Shown here: positions 1 to 7,412 of the stretch, piece by piece
Layout: the number at the start of each line of letters is the position of its first letter
Position numbering within the stretch: the stretch's first letter is position 1
NCBI GenBank assembly: GCA_965644295.1
Contig: CBFFRP010000273.1
Span: 1-8,986 of the forward strand
From: Paraphysomonas bandaiensis
Lineage: Eukaryota; Protista; Chrysophyceae
Direction of reading: 5' to 3'
DNA: 8,986 bases
Position numbers and translations under genes: made by a program
The notes under the pieces: generated by a model
What the model saw: only the letters and a program-made list of their open reading frames with translations
What the model was told of the DNA's origin: nothing
The model's database searches: none

Positions 1-8
1 TCTACATT

Positions 9-310
9 GAGTGGGAGTATTAGAATATGGACTGTATCCTAGTATATTCAATGTGGTACTTGAAGACAATGTACGAGAATACAGTGAAGTATGGTGATGT
101 GTAGATGCTGTTATGATATTGAGAAAACTGAAATAGTTTGCTCTTTCAAGATATGTTTAGTAGCGAAAGGTCTACAGAAGTAGTGATTTATGCATGGCAC
201 AAAACGAGCTTGTGTTGTTTAACACAATTTGTGTAAACGATATTAATAAATCTATCTAGTCTAACAACTTAATCTCTCTTTGATCTAAGTAAAATGAGCA
301 TTTCCCAACA
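9..310 (+). mobile_element. 3' end of a Ty1/copia LTR retrotransposon: polypurine tract (9-17) plus putative 3' LTR (18-310)
   Basis: CATTGAGTGGGAGTATT (5-21) is identical to the PPT/LTR junction of the clear copia element at 3908-3924. The putative LTR runs TATTAG...CCAACA (293 bp), is AT-rich and has AATAAA at 245-250. A protein-like frame resumes at about 311. An alternative end is TCTAACA at 266. Confidence 0.65.
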
Positions 311-693
311 AGAGATATCTATACCATCTTATTTATTCTACTGAAGGTGCTAAGAAATACATATCAGACATTCGTAAACAACCGATCACTCAGTTTCAAC
401 CTGGTGATCTCGCATATGTCGATTTGCGAATTTATGGCGATGTTTGGTATGATGAGTTGGATCTTCCAGATTCTCATCTACTCAGTTATGTAGCTCCTAT
501 CCAGTTCACACACTGGTACCACAAGAGCTCTAAGCGAGTATTATCGGTAAAAGATCTTCTCACTCTCCGCACTTACCGTTATGACAACTACCTGGTACAT
601 TGTTTCGTTCATTCAGAGGTGAATACCAGCAATATGGTACTAGTAGATGAGGATTTTGCCCGACAATTTCCACAAGTCCGTGAGTCTTATTAG
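311..693 (+). pseudogene. 5'-truncated C-terminus of an LTR-retrotransposon polyprotein, probably Ty3/gypsy (region downstream of integrase/chromodomain)
   Basis: The frame of ORF 424..693 stays open upstream to the LTR junction: RYLYHLIYSTEGAKKYISDIRKQPITQFQPGDLAYVDLRIYGDVWYDELDLPD...FPQVRESY*. A PPT and TG-initiated LTR follow about 160 bp later. The gypsy assignment rests on recalled resemblance to protist gypsy C-termini; no catalytic motif is present. Confidence 0.5.
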
Positions 694-855
694 ACTCACA
701 CACTGTGCTTTGACTACTTCCTTCAATATAATTTATATATCCCATGAGTTCATCCGGATTGTCTTCGTTCTGATGGCTACGTCAAACCTAGTTCTGTTGG
801 CATCTGTAGGCGCCGGATCGGGATTTACTCAGTTTTATTTCCAAAAATTTCAACC

Positions 856-1001
856 AAAGAGGGGAGGGGGCAATGTGACCACGTGGCATCTCGCGTGCCT
901 TACTTACGTGGCTATAGTGTTCTCCTAAGGGGCTACAAGACACTAGATAGACTAACTACCAAGAAAACACTCAGAGATAACAACAATTATTAGTTACCAC
1001 A
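856..1001 (+). mobile_element. Polypurine tract (856-870) and short putative 3' LTR (874-1001)
   Basis: AAAGAGGGGAGGGGG, then CAA, then TGTGACC...TTACCACA. Termini are TGTG...CACA, giving 128 bp. The right boundary is inferred from the inverted terminus only. Confidence 0.6.
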
Positions 1002-1018
1002 AAAGGAGAAATGACTAC

Positions 1019-1494
1019 TCACTTAAGGCGTAGCTTACTCTTGCGGTGATACCACTCACCATAGTCAGCAATCAGCTCCTCACCTTCGGATATAGGTCTC
1101 AGAGTCTTCACCCAGACCACATCCAACCCAGACTCATCAACGCTAAACTCACAGTTGTAATCCATACCGGCAGCGAGGTCAGCATCATACAGAGTGTTTA
1201 CGTACCGGCCATGATTAGGTGGGGCATGAAGCAAATTGCGAGCAGGCACTGGAGGTAGAAGTCCAATACGGCGGAACAAACCTCGGGTGCACATTCTGCG
1301 GAAGAACTGTAGAGATAAGGAACTACTTTGCAGAGCTTACCAGACTTGTCTAAGACACCTTGAGGACATCGTGCAGCAATATCATGTGCACGGCGCTCTG
1401 CAGCATATTCTCGGATAGCCTTTCTCCGAGACTCCTCATACCTTTGCAGGGAGGCTTTACCACGTCTTTTCTTGGATCTCTTCGCCTTAGACAT
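1019..1494 (-). pseudogene. SET-domain (lysine methyltransferase) gene fragment: C-terminal half of SET preceded by a basic, NLS-like segment in another frame
   Basis: ORF 1019..1294 contains GRYVN...NCEF...VWVKTLRPISEGEELIADYGEWY, matching the SET motifs RFxN and RxIxxGEELxxDYG. The upstream frame from ATG 1494 reads MSKAKRSKKRRGK. A possible short GT-AG intron starts at 1340 on the minus strand. The N-terminal SET half is not recognisable. Confidence 0.7.
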
Positions 1495-2089
1495 ACACTC
1501 TGAGCTTAAGGACGTGCAGGTGGCATGTTGCTGCAAGATTGTTGTTATGTTATGAAAGTGTACGTTAGCTAGTATTTTCCAAGTACAATTGTAGTTATGA
1601 GGAATGCAACATGATATACATTATACAGTGTTGTACAACCGTATTTGATAGAGTCGTTGACATGACTGTATATTGTTATACTGCTTGTATGACACAGCCT
1701 GCGTTGTGGTTGTGTGTTGCAACACAGTGTGACATGGATGACGTTGTGTGTGTGCAGCTCTGCGGTTGTTTTCATACTTTATGTTTCTGTTGTGACTCAG
1801 TTTTGTTTATGTTAACCATACTTGGGTACTAGCGACCTGACATCACTAGCGGTGGTGTTTGCGTGCTGATTCTTCGCGGGAGTCAGTCACTCGAGTATAG
1901 TTGATTGAAACATAAGTTTACCTGTAATAATATCACTTCTTTGGTCTCATTGTCTTGATTCCTATACAGTGATAGTAGTTAGCGTTATCACGAGCCATAG
2001 TCTTGGTTATCAAACCAAACTGTGAGGTGACAGTTGAGTTGTCAAACGAGGCTGCGTCATATGCGAAATGAGTTGGATCAGACTTGTAA

Positions 2090-3901
2090 TGACAGTGACA
2101 ATGAGCAGAGGACTCCTGACCGCTCATATCGGGGCGCATCTTCAACAGGTGGGGCAGATTGAAATCCCAGAACTGAAAAACGACCTCGAAAAAAACGGCA
2201 CATTGTTAACGTTGGTGTCCTCGGCGATGTCTCGTTGCTTCTTGATTCCTCCAACAGCACAATTAAAGAGCCACAGACGCTGGCAGAAGCAAAGAAGACT
2301 CCACAGATAACATACTGGATTGAAGCTACCAGGAAGGAGGTGCACAAGCTTGAACGAAGGACATGCTGGAAGATTGTCCGAAGGCCGAAACACCGAAAAA
2401 TCATAAAATCTAAATTGGTCTTTAAAGTAAAGCACGACCATCTTGGAAAAATTAAGAAGTTCAAAGTTCGACTTTTGTGGCGAAAGGGTTTACTCAAGAA
2501 TAAGGAGTCGACTATAATGAGACATTCTCCCCAGTAGCTAAAGGTGTATCATTTAGGCTAGCACTGGCACTGGCTCTGCGATACAATCTGCAACTCCGTC
2601 AACTCGATGTGGAAACTGCATTTCCTTATGCTGATCTGGACGAAGACGTATTTATGTCTCCACCTGCAGGAATAGATATTCCACAAGAATGTTGTTTGAA
2701 GATTTTGAAGAGTTTGTATGGCCTAAAACAAGCGCCTGGAAATTGGCATTCGATGCTGAAGGACAGTATCAAGGCGATGGGGTATAAGCAATGTATACTT
2801 GACCCATGTTTATTTGTACTCAAGAGGGTACTGATAATAATCTACATATGATGTATGTAGATGATATCATTGTGCTAAGTCCTGACAGCAGTCATATTGA
2901 AGAGGTTATCAGCGCATTTAAGACTCAGTATTCAATGCAAGATATGGGTGACCTTAAGCATTATTTAGGTCTTTTACCATTGAGCGTCATAATGGCCAGA
3001 TTAAACTTCATCAGTCTGCATATTATGCTAAAGATGTTGTGGTCAGATTCAATCACTTGTTGTCAGAAAAGAAGAGACGGTGCAAGGCAACCACACCTCT
3101 ACCACCTGGCCTAAAGTTGTCCAAGGATGCAAAAGAGGAAGAAACTCGAAAACAGAGAGAATACGCTGATGCATTTCCCTATCAATCTGTTATTGATGCC
3201 CTAATGTATTTGGCAGTGCATACTAGACCAGACATGGCATAATATACAGTAAATCTTCTCTCCCGGTTCACCACAACAAGACCCACGTACGCTGCATGTC
3301 AAGCTGCTCTGCATACTTTACTGTATTTAGAAAATACAGTTGATCAAGGTATCATATTTCCCAATTTCACAGATGAAGACCCTCTATGTGTGTACTCTGA
3401 TGCAGATTGGGCAGGAGATCTGGATACATGCAGATCCACTACAGGGTATATCGTATAACTGTGGGGTGCTCCAATTGCATGGCAGTCCAGACTGCAGCCA
3501 ACAGTGGCTACGTCGACTATGGAAGCTGAATATATGGCTGCATATGCTGCAATTCAGGAGATTGTATGAATACGAGGGGTGATGACAGAGCTCGGAATTC
3601 GTGGATTTGAACTCTCAGTAAGAATGCGTCTCCAACAATCTTGAATATGGACAGCAACAAGAGTGCGATTAATCTAGCTCAGAACCCGGTAAATCATAAA
3701 CGTTCCAAGCATATTCGGATCAAGTATCATTGGATTCGAGAGCAAGTGGGAGACTGTATCGTCAGGCTGAATCATGTGCCAACGGCAGAGATGACAGCAG
3801 ACGTGATAACTAAAGCCTTGTCCGAGAAGCTGCACTATCAGCATGTGCACACTATATGGTATTGCACTATAAGTAGACTTGCTCATTACAGTATATTCTG
3901 A
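2090..3901 (+). pseudogene. pol: Ty1/copia pol remnant: reverse transcriptase (RVT_2 type) plus RNase H, with several frameshifts and stops; gag, protease and integrase absent
   Basis: Motifs occur in copia order across frames: EPQTLAEA, SKLVFKVK...FKVRL/VAKGFTQ, GVDYNETFSPVA, QLDVETAF, SLYGLKQAP, YVDD (2854-2865), YLGL, PYQSVIDALMYLAVHTRPD, YSDADWAG (3393-3416), RSTTGY, STMEAEY, KRSKHIRIKYH, ADVITK. The left boundary is approximate. Confidence 0.95.
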
Positions 3902-3910
3902 TATGTTCAT

Positions 3911-4214
3911 TGAGTGGGAGTATTGAACTACAACCAACTCCTAAGTTTGGTAAAGCCAATCGCTAGTAGTTATCCTGTATTCTATGTAGCAATGAAATAC
4001 AGAATATACCTGACTACAGTATAGGAATAGCTATTACAAGTATACAAAGAAACTGAAAATATAGTATCTGTTAAAGATATGATTTGCGGAACAGAATGTT
4101 GATGTTGGTGAATGACGTGGTTCCTAACTCACAGTGCTACAACATCATAAACTTACTATATCTCCTATAATATCAATCAGTCAATATTGCACTAACTAAA
4201 AGCTTAAATTAATA
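3911..4214 (+). mobile_element. Copia PPT (3912-3920) and putative 3' LTR (3921-4214)
   Basis: TGAGTGGGAG lies about 10 bp after the pol stop. It is followed by an AT-rich 294-bp segment with TATT...AATA termini, then an abrupt switch to GC-richer coding sequence at about 4215. Confidence 0.75.
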
Positions 4215-5400
4215 CTGCACACCTTTGGGCTATTTTGATTGCACGAGCCCCCTGCTCACGGACTTCCACTCCATCCGCAGTCAACGGACGCTGGAGGCAT
4301 ACACTGCCATCAGAGACCAACGCTACGGTCACAACCCCGACCGGGCACCTGGATATTGGACCGACAGTGGGGCACTACTTCCGCGCAAACTGGCACAAGC
4401 AGATGGTGGTCCATCAAAGGATAAAGATAGTTTCCACCTGCGCCAGCGAGTACTCAATAATGCAGCATTGACATGGGACAAATCTTTCAGCATAGATAGG
4501 AAGAAACCGGGCTAAAACCAAACACGGACTCGACCTGGCTAAAGCCGCATGTTCTGAATGCGGATTTCGACTAGACTCACTCAAGCACATGTGTCTAGAC
4601 TGTACAAATGACACCATAACGCAGATAAGGGAGTCTGCATTTCACAGTCACAAAAACGCGCTTCAAGACGAACTGAGAAATCCGGTACTACCCCAATGGA
4701 CCACCACTGCACTACAGCGGCACTCCAGCAGGGCCTGGAATCCCTCCGTTCCGCAGGTGGAGAGATTCTGGAGTACGTACCATCACAACTGCACAACTCG
4801 AGACGGTATTTGGAGATCACATCCATGAGACACTGACACCCCAAGGACTGCGCAGCATCGAATCAGCGGTCATCAGATTACTTCTACCGCTTTTCGCTGC
4901 AGCAAAGCTAATGATCCAAGACCGAAGTAGACGATACGTTACCCTACAGAAAGGACCCCCGAGGCAACTACCGCGAAGGCGTCCAATACATAGACAGCAA
5001 GGGAAACGCCCAAGGGTGCTACGATTACCATAAATCCACAAACGAACCGAGACTGGAACACCGCCCACTGCACACACGAACCACACCACTCATACACACA
5101 GGAAAATAGCACCGGACCGCATAAAACCATCAGGCCCTAGACAGCGGCGACGCCGTCGACGGCAACTACACATATGCCTGACGCCCAGACGGTGCACGGA
5201 GACATCGCCACATTCCACCACATCATCCACCTCTCAGCACACACATCTAGTGCTCGGTACACTCAGGACCTTAATGCAGAACCCTGTACCTCCGAGCCTG
5301 GTGGAATCTCATCCCAAGGGGAGGCCCCCGGACAACGAGCGCCAGTGAGTCCCAAGACACACGAGCAGGGCGAAGCTCACAAACAAAACTAGGAACGGAA
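4215..5400 (+). mobile_element. 3' fragment of a non-LTR retrotransposon (LINE) ORF2 with C-terminal CCHC zinc knuckle, frameshifted
   Basis: Joined frames read ...EAYTAIRDQRY...YWTDS...TWDK/GRNRAK...CSECGFRLDSLKHMCLDC (4550-4603; C-x2-C-x8-H-x4-C, the typical LINE ORF2 C-terminal motif)...ERFWS/TITTAQLE...LLLPLFAAAKLM, followed by an Arg/Pro/His-rich tail. No RT domain is in view and the 3' end is not defined. Confidence 0.65.
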
Positions 5401-5984
5401 GTGGTCGCACCTTCTTGGTTCTTGCGGTGACGCACAAGCAGCTTCTGTAGCGTTAAATAGTAGGATAATAGAGTTTGTGCTGAGTAGTTATGGGTAGCGG
5501 TCTAACTAGTATGTCTAGCATTCAACTAGCCACTATTTTGGTGCAGGTTTTTAACGCCTATTGCTAAATAACAAGACTTTAATAGGGCTATTTTGACGTA
5601 CTCCAAAAAGTATAAATAATTTAATAAGTGGGAGTAGTAGGCCCATGCAGAGTGAATATGTAAGTAAGAAGCAGGTATATATAGGTATTTCAGACAAGAG
5701 CATTCTGTAGTTTAGTATTACATGTTACTGTTTGTGGGTACATACATTACATTCGACATGTATAGTGCTCACGTATGGTTTGTATGCATTTATCACCTGC
5801 TGGATAACAAACAAAGGGATAAAGATGAATATCATGAGCTGAGCAGTTACTTGCTATACTAGTATCTTGTTGATTTTCTCTCGATTATGTATTTAGGGGG
5901 TACTACGGAATAAGTCTTATAACTTTATTGTGTGTAAGAGCTGAACAATAAAGAGGGGCAAAACTAGCAGGGCAATCATTAGTG

Positions 5985-6238
5985 TGTCGAATCGCACAGT
6001 TAAATTCCTTCAATTCTTCCCGCAGCTGCAAAAAGAATATTCAACTCGTGTTATTGATTTTTTGGCACTTCATCGAGCTTTGCTTTCAAAGATTGATTTG
6101 AGCTCCAATAACATTCATCCTGAAATAAAAAAAAACTTGAAATGTAAATGTCAGAGGAGAAAAAGATTAATGCCATGCTAGGTAAAAAGCGCAATCGAGG
6201 TATTGAGAACTATTTACAATGAGTGTGATGATGATTAA
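5985..6238 (+). pseudogene. 3' remnant of an unknown gene convergent with the fibre-like gene
   Basis: ORF 5984..6181 continues in the same frame past one TAG as VKSAIEVLRTIYNECDDD* and ends at TAA 6236-6238. No recognisable motif. Confidence 0.35.
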
Positions 6239-7392
6239 ATCTGCATGATTTCTATATCAGCTTCTACGGCAATAGTTATAGTTGCACAGTCAAAATCGTA
6301 ATCAGTAATAAATACTAAACTATAATCACCTGTCGTTTTGATATCAACATACAATGAAACTGTACCAGACAACCGCTCTAAACTTCCTTTATTAGATTTC
6401 CATATATGATTAGAAACGGCAGACTTCTTTGAATTGTATCCATTCTTAAGCAATTGTATGTAAGTATTTAAATGATAGAAACTTTCCATACTCCCAATTT
6501 GATAGTGTACCATCACAAGAAAGCGTCCCGTGTAGTTAAAACGACCATTTGTATCAAAGAATGGCAACGTGTCGCCGGGGGCAATGGGTTGAACACCCAA
6601 TTCTTGCTGTAGCGAAACTCTCGTAAATTATGTATATCCGAAAAACGGCCTGTACCTAAATCGGGAGTGTCAAACCCAATATATTGTGATTGGCTAAGTT
6701 CATATCGAATACTCCGATATTTACTTAATACGTCGAGTTGAGTCTTGTTGGTATTCAACTGGCTGACCATCCCTGATGTAAAAGCTGACGATTGTTGTGT
6801 ACCGTCGCAAAAGGTAATTTTTCCGTTGTTATGTATAACAATAATTGGATTCCATCGGCCGAAATGACGTACAGACAATTGCACTCCACAGGACATAACA
6901 TCACCGTCTTTCCCGTATGTACTAATTGATATTGGGTCTTCATTTGTACAATTTCGTTGTGATTTTCACGAGTAAGAAAATGCTGTTCGCTGTACGGTAT
7001 TGTTGTCATGAAATCGAAATGCACTTGTGGCAGTTGATAGTTGCATTTCGTCAAGATCCTTGGAAAACACAAATCGATCGTGAATATTAACATCACCCGT
7101 TAAAAAAGACGTCTGGTCAGGATTGGCGACGATATGCTGCGTTTTGTTTTCAATACTTGGAATTTTACCTCATCTACTTCCATTAAAGGGGTGAAAGGGC
7201 TCGATTAGGTGCCATTTCCATCGAAATAGATAGATGGAATTGATATTGAACCCGTAAAATTTGCCCCTGATAGTTTAGCATACTGCGCCAAGGAATGATC
7301 TAACTCGTGATTTTCGACGATGTCGTTCGTTCGCTTATATGGTAGTCAGCGTTGTTGTACTGTTCGGCATCCACAGAATTATATTGCGCCAT
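6235..7392 (-). pseudogene. Virion fibre/spike-like repeat protein B (about 380 aa when reconstructed), frameshifted
   Basis: Starts at ATG 7392 (MAQYNSVDAEQYNNADY) and includes YAKLSGANFTGSISIP. Three repeats of an F-(x)-D...T-(x)-Q-x-x-(A/P)-F motif occur at 7190-7231, 6978-7019 and 6777-6818. A beta-rich C-terminal domain corresponds to ORF 6235..6600. Track ORFs 6755..7096, 6513..6896 and 6235..6600 are pieces of this one gene. Confidence 0.65.
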
Positions 7393-7412
7393 TATACTGC
7401 TTACTATATAGG

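Noticed and set aside
1569-1832. Overlapping ORFs 1569..1775 (-) and 1611..1832 (+)
   Set aside because: TG-rich low-complexity sequence giving Cys/Val- or Thr/His-biased translations with no motifs; probably non-coding.
18-4214. The two copia LTRs as the 5' and 3' LTR pair of one element carrying SET as cargo
   Set aside because: Both are preceded by a PPT, so both are 3' LTRs. They share only short blocks, and no gag, integrase or primer-binding site follows the first.
2078-5130. Minus-strand ORFs over the copia and LINE regions (e.g. 2078..2497, 2626..2823, 3674..3937, 4581..4844, 4817..5089)
   Set aside because: They are antisense shadows of the plus-strand retroelement coding sequence.
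5152-5163. Perfect palindrome GCCGTCGACGGC
   Set aside because: It is short, lies within an Arg-codon run, and has no associated terminus signal.
4227-5596. 12-bp direct repeat GGGCTATTTTGA (4227-4238 and 5585-5596) as a LINE target-site duplication
   Set aside because: The first copy lies inside the apparent LINE reading frame (LGYFD), and a few 12-bp matches are expected by chance in 9 kb.
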